A DNA stretch of 56,187 nucleotides from the NCBI RefSeq assembly GCF_020745735.1, contig NC_083413.1:97058220-97114406 (forward strand). The letters are read 5' to 3'. Below the pieces are notes generated by a model that was given only the letters and a program-made list of their open reading frames with translations, had not been told where the DNA came from and ran no database searches. This document shows positions 24,440-37,278 of the stretch, piece after piece. Both the position numbers and the translations under genes were made by a program. This DNA is from Hemiscyllium ocellatum. Taxonomy: Eukaryota. Positions within the stretch are counted from its first letter, which is position 1, and every line of letters starts with the position of its first letter.

Positions 24440-27400
24440 AATGAAGAGATTCTTGCCAGGGTTACTCATCAGTTGACGGTGCAGCTTAGTTTCAAGAGCT
24501 GCTACTCCAGTGAGAGGGAGGACAGATCAACACATTTCTGAGCCCTACTATTCATACTGATCATTGCTGAGGCTGCAAAGGTGGGCACAATCAGGGAAAT
24601 GAGGGAGGCAGGCCTGAGAGATCATGGAGAGTCAAGATGTCAAAGAGAACTGGTCTATGTCAGCATGGCTTAGCAATGAGAAGGTGCCAGACTCCCTCCC
24701 TGTCATTTTCCAAATTCTACCACCTCCCAATTAAAAGCCAGTGAATAATTGGACAGGCATTACCACAAAGTCTTTCAATAATCATTTCCAGCCCTTCAAT
24801 GTTCAGGCCTTCAGTTGTTGACTTCCAAGCACTGGACTGTGCAATGAGGCTAAACATATTGACAACACATTGACTATCTAAGTCTCTGCTTTCCAATACT
24901 ATTACATCGGCCACCTCCCCTCACCCCCATCTCCTCAAAAAGTACAGACCATGGTGTCCTGCAAACCTCTGTGAAAGTTGAAAAAAAGCCAACATATATT
25001 GCAGTCATAGCTTTTGAGAGTGGCCTTTTTTAACAGAATGTCATGTGAAAAGGAATTTCTGAAGAGCAGGAATTTCTGTAAGATTTCTGGAGGAACTTCC
25101 TCTTGACAACATCTCCCAGTGCTAGAGCAAACACCACCATTCCAGACTACAGACCCGCCCAATATTTGCATTATTCCTGGTAATAACAGTGATTCCTCTT
25201 TTTTTAAAAAATGCTGTATCAGCTCAATAGAGCCTTTGATCTTCAGGGTTTAATTTCAAATGTTTGCAAGTCATTTATAGATGTAAGTCCTTTGTTTAAT
25301 TTGTGCTTCACAATGACTTGTGGCTGGGGACATTTTGACAGACCAGATTGTCAGGAGGATGGGAATCAAAGTTTGCCAGACATGAGAAACAAGTTTGATT
25401 TGATCTGATTTTGATGTGGTTTAATTGTGCTTCATTTGGAATACAACAATGTGAAAGGGAATGTTGGAGAACCATTGATTCCTTCAAATGTTTTGTGCGA
25501 TGCGACAAATGCCAGTTCAAACACCAGCAGCTACATTCAAGAGCCTGCGAGACTGCCTCCCAAGGAATTTAATATTAAGTGGCAGAGTTTTCTTAAACAG
25601 TAGTACCATCACCCTAAATGCTGAGATAGGAAATTGCTTGCTTGTCAATATTGGGGTTGTGTTTCTGGCCATTGGAGCTATAGTGAAAATACTGAAGAAT
25701 TGGGTTCCTCTCCTTCACCCCACCTCACCGCTTGGCTTTATTTCGCTTTCCTGCTCATCTTCACTCCCCCACTCCCTATTCCACACTAGCTCCAAAATCA
25801 TTGCCATGGTCTCCAAAGTTTGGTGACATTTGATGAAATATGGCTACATATTTGAAGAAATATGGCGATGGATTGGGACCAGCTCCTGGTCTCCTCACCT
25901 TGATTTATCTCCCATACAGTGTCTCCATGGTATGCTTCGCACTTTTTATAATTTAATTTGGCCAGAGGTCATGTGTATCCACGGAGTCAGGCACTTTCCC
26001 TAGTAATAGTTATTTGTTTGAATCAAGCTTATAAAGTACTTTCATGGTGAATCCAATACAGGCAGCATCACATCCATACTGTTTCACTGATGTCATCAAC
26101 TAATAGAAGCCTAAATACTGAGGTCATTTCACTGCTCTGGGTCAGAGTCCTGTAATTACTCGTGGGCTTATTATGGTCAAATCTTTCAGTAAACTCCGAA
26201 CGGATGAAAGAACAGGAAAGGAAAAGGAATAAAATTCTCTTTTCAACAAAACAGCCAATACTGACTAATATGACATGAACCTTCAATGCATTTGAATAAT
26301 GCGAAATTACTGTATTCGGACTCTGAATCAAACATTGAGTTACAAATTGTGCTTGTAAGGGTTAAATTAGCAATAGTGTAGAAAGACCTTGAGTTTCTTT
26401 TTTCCGGGATAAGGAAGTTAAACTTGAATCCTTGCATTTGTGATGTTTCCCCTCTGTCCCAGTGCAGACAAGTCTTTATTTGACCTCTTTATTTTCCACC
26501 CACCAGCTCCTGCCCTCACAGCCAAAACTCTCGATGTTGATAAGCAGTGCCAAACATTAACTTCGTGATCATACACATATTTAAAATGATTTAACTGGTA
26601 CTTTATGACCAGTTGCAGCTGTGAAAATGTTGACACCTCACACTGTGAATTGGGTGGAAACCTAAATTTGTCAGAAAGGGAACACATTGGCAAGTAAGTT
26701 TGGTCTAATATCAGATTAAATCTGCTATGGTAAGGATCCAATAATGAGAAAGGGAGGTGCTGGCAGTTGTTGTAAGATTATGTCAGGATTGCCTCACGAA
26801 GGCATCCCACGGCAGCGTGGTGAACACAAACACAGATGAGAACAATCACAGAAAACAACTGCTTGACTGGTTCAGAAACGCTCGGCTTATTTTGAGAGAC
26901 CAATCTTGAATCAGCATAAAACATCCAAAGTTTTTCAATGGTCGTTTGAATTTTGCTTGACTTTCAGTATGAAGGTATTGCATAACCCAGAAATGTCTAT
27001 AAACAAAATAAACAGTTTTCTCTTCATTTCACTCTGTTCTGTCTCTTCCATACCCCAACCCCTGCATTCCCTCATTGTGGAGTACTATAGTCATCCTGTG
27101 GAAGTCTAAAGAACTGCATACCAACACGAACAAGATGGTTCACGATGCATTTTGAAAACAAATAAAGTCCCAGCAACATTTTGTAGATCATAGGACAGCA
27201 TTATCAATACACTCCAGGGGGATGGGTGGTGAATGCAGCAATAACTAGTTACATTAGCAAGATTCCAAGACTGAGATACAAGGTATACTGCTTTGTCATT
27301 ACCCCCTCATTAACTTCACCATTACAAAGTTAAAATCGAGAGCATTGGAATCCTCACTGCTCACCTGGTGATTTGTTTAATTGCAACAACAGTCAAGAAG

Positions 27401-28319
27401 CTCAATATGATCAAAGGGAGAGCAGTTTGGTTGACTGGCAAAAGAACTAACGTACCTAATTTCCACTCCCTTCACCATCACTGAGCTACGATGTTGGGCT
27501 ACCTAGCACTTACACTCTACGAAATGAACTGCAGCAACTCATTAGACTTACACTGAAAGGACCTTTCCTGTCTATAATCTCTATTTTTGAACAGAGCAAC
27601 TATCAGCTAAAGGTCTGTTCCACCTGATTCTGACTTTGCATGGATATCTCTGTTCTTTTATTATCACTATGGCAAAATAATGCGATTTATTAAAATTGCA
27701 GTCATTGACTAACTGAAGAAAACTAGTCGACCAAACTTGGAATATTGAATCTCAAGTCTGTGATTTTTTTTTGTTAAATTGATTTGGACTTAATTCTGAA
27801 TAAGTTTACTGATGTTAAATGACTTAATTTGTGCTCTTTGATGAATTGCAGTTCTGGAAACATTGTCAGTGCAAACAGTGAGGAAAATGGGAATGCAGGT
27901 TCTCCTGGATCAAGTGAAGTAATTACAAAGTAAGCTTAGTTGCATGCATGACTAAGTTAGTAATTATATCAGGATATGACAAACCATTAGGAAATAACTG
28001 GTGAGCTGGTAGTTTGTGCAATGTTATACAACGATCAATGGTAACAACTCGGAGGCAATGATTTGATCAGCTCTCAAAGAGGAACTTGCCTATGTTCCCT
28101 CCCAAGTCCTTTTACTATGTGCTACTGCAAAACCTCTCCTTATGAAAATTGTAGGTTCCTTTTGAAGACCTCAGTTGAAGCTGCCTCCACCACTAAACTA
28201 TCAGGCAGAACATTCCAGTTTCCGAACTATGCTGGTTTTAAAGAAAGGATTCCTTGTAACCGTTGTTTTATTTTGCTGATGATTTTAAATCAGTGTCCTT
28301 TTCTTCTCAAGCCTTTTTT

Positions 28320-28600
28320 AAATAGAATCCATACAGAATGGAGACAGGCCACTTGGCCCAACAAGTTCACACCGACCATCCAAACAGTAACCAATCCAAA
28401 TGCATTCTCCTCCCCTTTTACGCTACTCTAGTGAAATCCCTCATGATTTTGAACACGTGTAAAATGTCTTCTTCATCCTCTGTTCTCCATAAAGAGCAGC
28501 CCGAGCTTCTCCAAACTATCCACATAGTTGTCCAGTTGCTCATCTCTGGTACCATTTTTGTGTACCTTTTGTGCACCTTCTCAAATCCCTTCCTGAAGCT
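28320..28600 (-). mobile_element. CR1 LINE 3' fragment, degenerate
   Basis: Minus-strand KGFEKVHKRYTKMVP..HVFKIMRDF resembles the CR1 ORF2 C-terminus. caggccacttggcccaac is the reverse complement of a CR1/SINE-type tail. Confidence 0.7.
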
Positions 28601-29340
28601 TGCTGTATAAATACTAGACATAAGGGAAAGGCTGGGCTGTTTGGAACCATTTGTCATAATTTCCTTATTTTGCATGCAATGGTCCTATTTATAATGTTCA
28701 GAATCCTAATAATATCTTCAATTTGCACTGCCAACTTCAGAATCTGTGTGCATACACACAATATGTATAAAATGCATTAAATATTAGACTGGGGTCATTT
28801 AAGAAAGCATTGATCATTGTATCAAAAGATTTTAGCTTGTGTATAAAATGAACAAGGAACAAACCAGAATAATTCTGAGTTGGAGGAGGGCTGATTTCAA
28901 TGGGGCAAGAGGGCATTTAAGAAAGGGCATTAAAGCACAAATCTGGGCAATGTTCAGCTACAGCTGTACAGTACAGCTTAACATTTCCATAAGCAGGAAA
29001 TGTTGGCAAAAATAATACTCTAATCCCCTGCATGATGTTGCAAAGGATATGTTTTGTTTTTAACCCCAGTGAGAACCGTGCGAAATATAGACAGTTCAGA
29101 GGGGAAATAAAGAGTAAGGCAGCTAACTTTAAAAGGGAATCCAAAAGTCATCCTTAGTCATAAACCGTGAAAGGGTAGCAAAAGAATGAGTGGGGCCAAT
29201 TATCATAAATGCCCTTTTTAAACTACAGGGGCAGGGGCCTTGCTGAGGTATTATGAAGAGGAAGTTGGTGTCCAGTTCATGGTGAAAAAAATGTAGTTGA
29301 GACTTGGATGAGATGAAGTTTGACAGAATTTTAGAAAGGC

Positions 29341-29498
29341 TAAAATAAAACAAAATTGCAGATGCTGGAAATCTGAAACAATAACGAAATGCTGGAGAAT
29401 CTCAGCAGGTCTGGCAGCATCTGTGGCAGGAAAGCAGAGTTAATGTTTTGGAGTCCTGTGACCTATTGGGCTTCTCCAGCAATTTCTGCTTCAATTAG
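29341..29498. mobile_element. Second, internally deleted copy of the inverted pLTR-like element
   Basis: gatgctggaaatctgaaac..gctggagaatctcagcaggtctggcagcatctgtggcaggaaagcagagttaa shares sequence with 23945-24000. It is followed by the short inverted arm cttctccagcaatttctg. Confidence 0.6.
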
Positions 29499-30149
29499 AA
29501 AGGCTGATTGTCAGTGAGTGTTGGTAACTGATAACAACTGAATTGGAGACACCTAAGGATACAGAGAAAAATAACATTGAAGCTGCAGTGGTAATATCCA
29601 CAACAATCTAATCCTGTTCAAATAGAGGCATGGAATCAGAGACAGGAGAATCACAACATTTAAAATACTTTTATTCAAAATTATCTAGATAAATCCCACA
29701 ACCAGATTCATCTTAGTGGTGGGAAAGCTTCTAATGAACTGTAACCTCAGCCTCAAGCAACAATACTGGGCGATCAAATGGACTAACTTTATATGCTGAC
29801 TAAAAACTCGAATGTGTAACCTATTTACCTAAATCATCTGCTGAAGGCTTATAATTCTGCATCTTCAGTTTTCTTGGGTATTGAAGCCGGTTTAGAAACG
29901 TGGAAAATTGGAGCAGGAGGAGGCCATGCAATCCTTCGAGCCTGCTCTGCCATTTATCACCATCATGGCTGATTGGAGTCTGACCTGGTTTCTTTAAATG
30001 AGCTGATCAAGGCTTGAAATGCAGCATTGTGAGACTGCTGGGTTTTTTTTAATGTCTGACAATAAATTATAGACCCAGACACCATTTTAGTTTGCTTTTC
30101 ATTTTGTGGTTATTGAGCAATTGCACTTTAACAGACCGAACATTCAAAA

Positions 30150-31790
30150 AAAATGATAATCTCAATTCGACAGAAATGAAAGCAGTGACGAAAAAGTAAG
30201 TTTGATTTGTCATGTGGCTAAATTGTATTTTTAATGTGGAATCGAACAACATGAGAGAAATTGCTGGAGATTCAGAATGTCCTGTAAAATAATGTAGAGA
30301 CTTTCTCATGAAGACATGCCCCGAAAACCAGTCTACAATGTTTGTCCTTAAATTTCCCCAAAAAACTTTAATGGATTATGATCAATATGTATGGTTGTCT
30401 CAGATACATTACTGGCAAATGTTGTAACGCCAATACCAAACTCAAGGTCTCTTTCTCAACTGTCAAATATTCCTGTTGATGAATGTTTAGCTTCCTGAAA
30501 AAAAAATTGATAAGTCTTTTTATCTTCTTGTTGTTTTCTTGTAAGAGTACAGCACCGACACTTTGATCACTTACATCGATAACTACCTTGAATAGCTTTG
30601 GGTTATTAATATTGGGGCAGTAATTAACACAACATTCAGGCTGACAAATGCCTTCTGACAGTTTTCCATCCATTGAAACTTTTTGTATTTCTACAGTAAT
30701 TCAGTGAGTGAAGCAGCCACACTTTTAAGATTCCGTACAACTTTCTGATAAAACCCACTCGTAGTACTACCAAATGCAGAACAACCCCTGTTATCCGAAC
30801 GTCAATTATCCAAATTTCAGATTATCCAAACAAGATCTCAAGGTCCTTTGTTTGCAATCAGATCAGTTATCTGAGCAATCAATTAGTTATCCCCACCCGT
30901 CTCATTTGGATAATCAAGATTGTTTTGTAGTCGTACTGCTGTTTTGGTGGATGGGGCCATCTGGCCATGTTCAATAACATGGCCCAGGAGAGTGATTTGT
31001 GTTTCCTTGAATTCGCTGTCAGCCAGGTTTATCACCAAGCCTGCCTCCCAAAGTCGAATGAATAACTTTGAGAAATTCTGCAAATTTTTCTTCCATGTGT
31101 GACTAAAAATCAGGTCATCAATGATTTATTTACCCACGCAATTGGGTAATGAAGAAATTACTTCATTGCTTAGTCTTTGAAATGTAGCTGGCACATTCTT
31201 CATACCACATGACATGACTGTAAACTGGTACAGCGCATTTTGGTGTCACGAAGGCTGAAATTGTCTTCACCTTTTTGAATACAAGTAGCTGCCAGCATCC
31301 TTTGAGTAAGTCGTATTGAGAAATATAAGTTGCTTGTCCCATCTTCTCAATATGGTCTTCCAAACTTGATTTAGGACATGTATCAGATTTAGTAACTGCA
31401 TGGATTTTGCATAGGTCCACACATAATCATTGGATATTACCTGGCTTTGGTACCACTGATGTAGGTGAGCTCTATTCATACGACTGATTTTGATTATATT
31501 GTCTTTCAGCATGTGTTCAGTCTCTTTCTGAATCTGTGCTAACCTCCAAAGGTTAAGTCTGTAGGATGTTGTTTGATTGGAACATTATTTCCTCAATCAA
31601 TATTATGTGTAGTGAGATTAGTAATTCCCAGGTTATTTCTACAATACTCCCCATGTGATTATACTAAGTCTTTCAAGTCACATTGATTTTCAACTGGCTG
31701 GTAACTCAACGGTTTATCCCAATTTTCCAGAACTTCCTCATTGATCAATGTAATTTGAGGAGACCAATTCACAATCATCTGAAATTGTTT
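30150..31790 (-). mobile_element. Ty3/Gypsy LTR-retrotransposon pol remnant (RT and RNase H), heavily decayed
   Basis: Minus-strand fragments PIKQHP..MLKDNII, MDLCKIHAVTKSDTCP..DLLKGCWQ..SAFVTP, EAGLVINLADSEF..ITLLGHVI, and VIDVSDQSVGAVLLQ..EYLTVEKETLSLVLALQH. Confidence 0.85.
30777..30927. mobile_element. ~150-bp Tc1/mariner (Tigger/pogo-type) MITE inserted in the Gypsy remnant
   Basis: Imperfect terminal inverted repeats CAGAACAACCCCTGTTATCCGAA ... TTTGGATAATCAAGATTGTTTTG. Flanked by TG (decayed TA) and TA. The Gypsy frame resumes on both sides. Confidence 0.72.
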
Positions 31791-31889
31791 CGTCACTCTG
31801 TTGTAAACAGTAACACATTCTCTTTTTTTTTCCCTATCAAAATAGCTTTTGAACACAACACATCTCTTCAAGCCACAGAATGGTCACAA

Positions 31890-32205
31890 AAATGGGTGGA
31901 ACAGTGAGCCATTCAGCCCCTTAAGCATGCGCTGCTGTTCAAAATGACAATGGTTGATTATCCAACTCAGCACCCTGTTCCACCATTCTTTCTGTAAGCT
32001 TTGATCCCTTTAGTCTGAAAAAGAAGCTATTACGTTTTGGGCTCAATCAATTTCTATGGCAGTGAATTCCAAAGAGTCACCACTGTCAGGGTGAAGAAAG
32101 GTTTCCTCATCTCAGTCCAAAATGCCCGAGCCAGTATCCGTAGACCATGAGCCCTGGTTCTGGGCTCCCCAGCCGTGGAGAACATCCTTCCTGGTTATCT
32201 AATTC
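31890..32205 (-). mobile_element. CR1 LINE 3' end fragment
   Basis: gagccattcagcccc..gaattccaaagagtcaccactgtcagggtgaagaaaggtttcctcatctcagtc matches the reverse complement of the CR1 C-terminus and 3' UTR pattern seen in other copies in the window. Confidence 0.65.
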
Positions 32206-32809
32206 TGGACACAAACACTGACTTGTGCTGCATCTTGTGATCTTAGCCTGGGTCATAATGGGGAGGGTTATTCTCAGTATTGCCACACTTTGACAGTGCA
32301 AGTTAACCTCTTGCTGACAGCAGGCTGGAAGCATGGTAGCCATTTGTTGCTAAGGAAGAGATAGGACTGAGTGCTCACTGCCCATATTCAAAAGGGAAGA
32401 ATGACCCATTGAGGAGAGGTATTAGAGGACTTTTTGTAGCTGTAACGGTGGACACTGATAGAAATTACTGACTCCCGTATAACACACAGGGAATCAGCAA
32501 AGGTGACTCAAACTGCTGATTCCTAATTAGCGCGTTCCAAATGACAACAGCCCATTGGTTGAAGAAGCTTTCCTTTTTTAACATTATAATGTTCAGCGAT
32601 GTATGACACGCCTCTGGAATAGGTAGGACAGGAATTTAAACCTACTAAGTCTAATCTAGGAACTTAAGCCTACTGATCTAGGGCTAGGGAGACTATCATT
32701 CTCCCCTTTGAGGACTGTTTTGTATCTCATACAGAATCTATGCAATTTCCCTGAATTGCTTCATTAATCCCTGGGGATGTAAATAATAAGCCGCCTGTCA
32801 GAGTATTGG

Positions 32810-33175
32810 GTGTTGCTCAGGTGTCACTGACTATTGTGCTGATCTTTGAGTTGGAGAGTTCAAGATCTACCATCGGGTTTAGAATAGACTAATTGATGCT
32901 GCCACAGCAATGCAGTCCTGAGATAATCCTATCCATCAGATGTATATGAGGCATTAAACCAAAGCCACTCTGCCCTCTAAAGGGACCCTTATTATTTTGA
33001 ATTAAAGTGAGGAGATTATACCTGGTGTCCCGGCCAATACTTATCGCTCAATCCCGATGAGCAGATGATCTGGTCATCATCTCCTTCCTGCTTTTCTCAT
33101 GGGACACAAATGAGATATCACATTTCTGACATGTGACTACATGGTCAAAAGTACTTCAGTTGTTGTATAGAACAT
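32810..33175 (+). mobile_element. Old DeuSINE/SacSINE-like SINE
   Basis: Decayed tRNA-like head, then cctggtgtcccggccaatacttatcgctcaat..gatctggtcatcat..gtgactaca..aaaagtacttca, resembling the remembered Deu-domain and tail. Recognised from memory only. Confidence 0.45.
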
Positions 33176-36100
33176 CTCTGATTGAAAATTGGCTTTGTCA
33201 GAACCTGCATGTATTATTACTCAACTTGGTTGTTCATGTTTCACTCTCTGTTGTAAGAAAACACTCCTTCCCAACTTCCATCAAATGAGAAGAGACAAAG
33301 CTCAGTGCTGTAATATTTCACTTTGTACTAACATCTGGATCAAACTAATATACCATTCAATGCAAATATAAAATAAATTGAACCAGTTTTAAATGATTAA
33401 AACAAATTATATTTTCCACCAAAGGAGTGTATTGAAGTATTTCAATCGTTCTCATTGTGTCAAGTACCAGCAAACGGTGGAGTCTGTTCCAATGTATTTT
33501 ATCTTGTCTAAAGGATAGGCTGAGGAAAAGAACAGTGCATGAGGAGAGCAGTACAGTGTGGATCAGTGATTAACAGCAGGAGAATTATTCTCCAGATTAG
33601 AATAGATATGTAGTAGAATATACTAAAATGATAGAATAAGAGAAGCTAAAGTGGGATATTGTCAGCTAAATGTTTTATAAGCTTATTAAAATCGGGTCAG
33701 TCAGGATCTTATTGAATAGTGGACCAGGCTCGAAGGGCCAAGTGACCTATTCCCATTTATTGTTCATACCGCGAAACAATTTTGCGAGTTACTCGAGCGA
33801 AGATATTAAACACACATTTTAAACTGTTACATGGGCACATGCTGATATTTCCGTCTATGATTCCCTGGGTTTGATAGCATGTAGTTGACAGTGGCCCCAG
33901 GGGTTCTGCACTTGTTTCAGAAATCTGGAAAGAGATGTTTAGGATACTCTGAGATTGCATTAAGATGTTACATAAATGCACAACTTTTCTACTTGCCTTC
34001 CTGCTGGGGTAGAGGGGGTTTTGCTCTTCATCAAACTTGTGCATCATTTGACTTCAATTTGCTTTCCTTTGTTGCATTATTGTATGGAGTTTATTCTCTT
34101 TAGTCAATAGCCTGGATTTTGCCCAAAGTTTAAGAGGTTTTTACTCACATTGGTGAGTTTCTGTATCCCATGAAGTAAATTCATTGCAGTCAGTAATGGG
34201 AAATAAAGCAGATCAAATATAATGTTCTTAATTATTATTAGGTCAATTAATAGGGATAACTAAAAGCTGGTCTATGAGCCTCAGGATTTAAAAGCCTTTT
34301 CAGTGGAGCCACTGCTGATTTACCCAACGCGCTATCCTGGTGAACTCACTGATACTGAAACCTCTATAATCTGGGACAATGATGAAATACAAACTGACTG
34401 GAACCGCAACTTATCAGAAAAACTAGGGAACAGAGAGAGATTGGGGTCGAAGCTCAGAACACAGAGGCACTGCAAACCGAAGCACCCATTGACACAGCTT
34501 CTCGAGATGAGTTATGATGCGGTTCTGCACTATTTAGTTCTGATCTATGATTGGAACCAATGCTTCTCTGTCAAGCCGATGTGGTTTATGGATAAAAATA
34601 ATGTCTGCTAGAAGGCAACTACAAAGCTCTCTTGTGGTAATGTGACACAGAATCAAGTGAAATGTGGAGTATCTCCTTTTGGGGCTTCTTGCATCCTTTC
34701 AAGTGGCAGCTGAATTTGGTGATCAGGTATCAGTTACTATCGAATTGGATGAAATCTTGTTAGTGGTTCATCTATTTACAGTTCCCTATCTCTGAGGTTT
34801 GCCCCATTTCTTTATTAAAGAGCCAATGTGTGTGAGATCTCTTTAGTGCTGTCCATAGGATAGCCGTACTCCTGCCACTGTGCAACTGCATATTGATATC
34901 TGCCTTTAAAAACAATCTGAATCTATGGTCACATACTGGTGTAGGAACTGAGTGGGGCCCATAACAGAATGAGCAACTCTTCAACTGCTGCAAACCAATG
35001 TGGGCTAGATTTTCCAACTGTCATTATCACAAGGGTGTTTTTGGTGCCATATTCACTATTCAGAATAACAATTAATTTTCCTGTTCGTGCAGCATTTCTC
35101 TCTATTACTTTACATAACAGTGTGCTGTGTGTATGTGCATGTAGTTTGTTTCTATTTATTCCTGTTCCTCAATGGCTTTGAAATTGTTGCTGTATAGGAT
35201 CAAAGGTAAAGTAATGTCTCCACAAGGACATTGTTGCTGGTTTCCCTCTGAGGCCAGTGCAGAACTTTACCAGTTCATTGTCGGCCTGATACATTGTAGT
35301 GATGTTCACCTCTGCCAGCTGGGGCAGCATGGACATTTGAGTATTGATGGAAATAAAGTGTTTTTTTATTTAAGTCTTTAGTATTGTACTTATCAGGACA
35401 CTCTCAAGAATACCAATGGGAAGGGAGAAAGCATTTAATCTGTCTGGGTAATGAGTGCTGATTGGTAAAGGCATGGAGAATGGACCAGGTGATGATTGGC
35501 AGTTAACTGCCAATGCTTGTTGTGATTCGACTAAATTGGTGATGGCCATTCTCGGACTCATTTGGCAGGGCAATACCTTGACCACTCAGGCAACCTGCCA
35601 ATTGCAAACTTAACAAAGTTTAGCTGTTAACTGTTTGTCACCATCTGACCAGTCCATTTCTATTGGGGACATCTTGATCAATTATTGTGCACTTTCCAAA
35701 GCATCAGAACTTGTTCAGTGTAAAATGTTGTTTCCCTTAATATCAAAATCTTTGCAGCTATCCTGGTGTATGCAAGACAAAAAAAAGAGCATGTCATATT
35801 TTATAGCAATATCCAATTTCTATATTTGCAAACAACCGTTTGAATATGGGAACCTTTTGTTGATGGAGTATCCAACATCCAGCTGATATCATTAAAATGG
35901 AATCTAGTTTTCGAATGTGAAATGATTAAACCCCCTGACAAGCCCACTTTGTACATGCAGATCCTTTTTGAATATTGTATCAGTCTGGCTGTTGAAAGAC
36001 AGCTTTGGAAAGTTGTTTATTTCTGTTAACTTCTATTAAAGGAATTGCTGAAACGGTGGATAATGCATTCTATTGCATTTACAAAACTGAGATATCTTGT

Positions 36101-36489
36101 GAAATCAGGAGATGTGCACAGTGCAAATAAACATCCCATTTAATGCTGGCCTGGACAAGACTGGTCAACTTAAACTTGTGCTTATAGAGAAAGGACTGAG
36201 ATCTTAACTGGCTCATTATCATCGAATGTATTGAGTTTAAACTTATGTCTATCTCTAAATTCTTCAAGGCCTTGTTTCACGCTGTCTCTTGTACCCCTTA
36301 TATACACACTCTGTTCTTTGGGTCTCTGATTGCTTTTGTCCATGAGTCTGGTCAGGTCCCCTGAATTAGCTGTACTTTACTGATAAACTTCCTCACATGC
36401 CCTCTGGTACTCATTCTCAAATGCTTAAAAGCCAGTTTCATGTCATTGGTCCTAACTCTTCTGATACATGCCAACAACCTTCTCGTGTT

Positions 36490-37278
36490 TGGCATTCGGT
36501 GCATCCTTTTCCAGGTTGGAAGGTCAAACTCGAATGCTGAATATAGGGTTAAAGGCAGGATTCTTGGCAGTGTGGAGGAACAGAGGGATCTGGGTGTGCA
36601 AGTACATAGATCCCTCAAAGTTGCCACCCAAGTGGATAAGGTTGTTAAGAAAGCAGATGGTGTTTAGGCTTTCATTTACAGGGGAATCGAGTTTGAGAGC
36701 AGCGAGGTTTTGCTACAGCTCTACAAGTCCCTGGTGAGACCACACCTGGAAAGTTGTGTCCAGTTCTGGTCACCCTGCTATAAGAAATAGATAGAGGCTT
36801 TGGAGAGGGTGCAAAGAAGGTTTGCCAGGATGCTGCCTGAACTGGAGGGCTTGCCTTATGAAGAAAGGTTGAATAAGCTCAGACTTTTCTCTCTGGAGAA
36901 GGAAGAAGAGAGGAGACCTGATTGAGGTATACAAAATAATGAGAGGAATAGGTAAAGTCAATAGCTAGAGAATTTTCCCCAGGGCAGGATTGACTGGTAC
37001 GAGGGGAGTCATAGTTTTAAGATATTAGGAGAAAGGTATAGAGGAGATATTAGAATAGGTTCTTTACACAGAGAGTTGTGAATGCATGGAATACATTGCC
37101 AGCGGTGGTGGTGGAAACAGAGTCATTAGGGACATTTAAGTGACTGCTGGACATGCACATGTTTAGCAGTGAGTTGAGGGGTGTGTAGGTTGTTATATTT
37201 TACATTAGGATTAGACCTCGGCACACTGTTGTGGGCCAAAGGGCCTGTTCTGTGTTGTATTTTTCTATGTTCTATGTT
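36490..37278 (+). mobile_element. CR1 LINE 3' fragment
   Basis: EYRVKGRILGSVEEQRDLGVQVHRSLKVATQVDKVVKKA, near-colinear with 23050-23750. Ends in gggccaaagggcctgttctgtg..ttctatgttctatg. Confidence 0.92.

Noticed and set aside
26068-26331. Minus-strand ORF with an upstream polypyrimidine tract, exon-like
   Set aside because: No recognisable domain, no convincing donor, and no partner exons.
34303-34611. 102-aa ORF (MEPLLIYP...)
   Set aside because: GTG start, no recognisable homology, and length within chance for this window.
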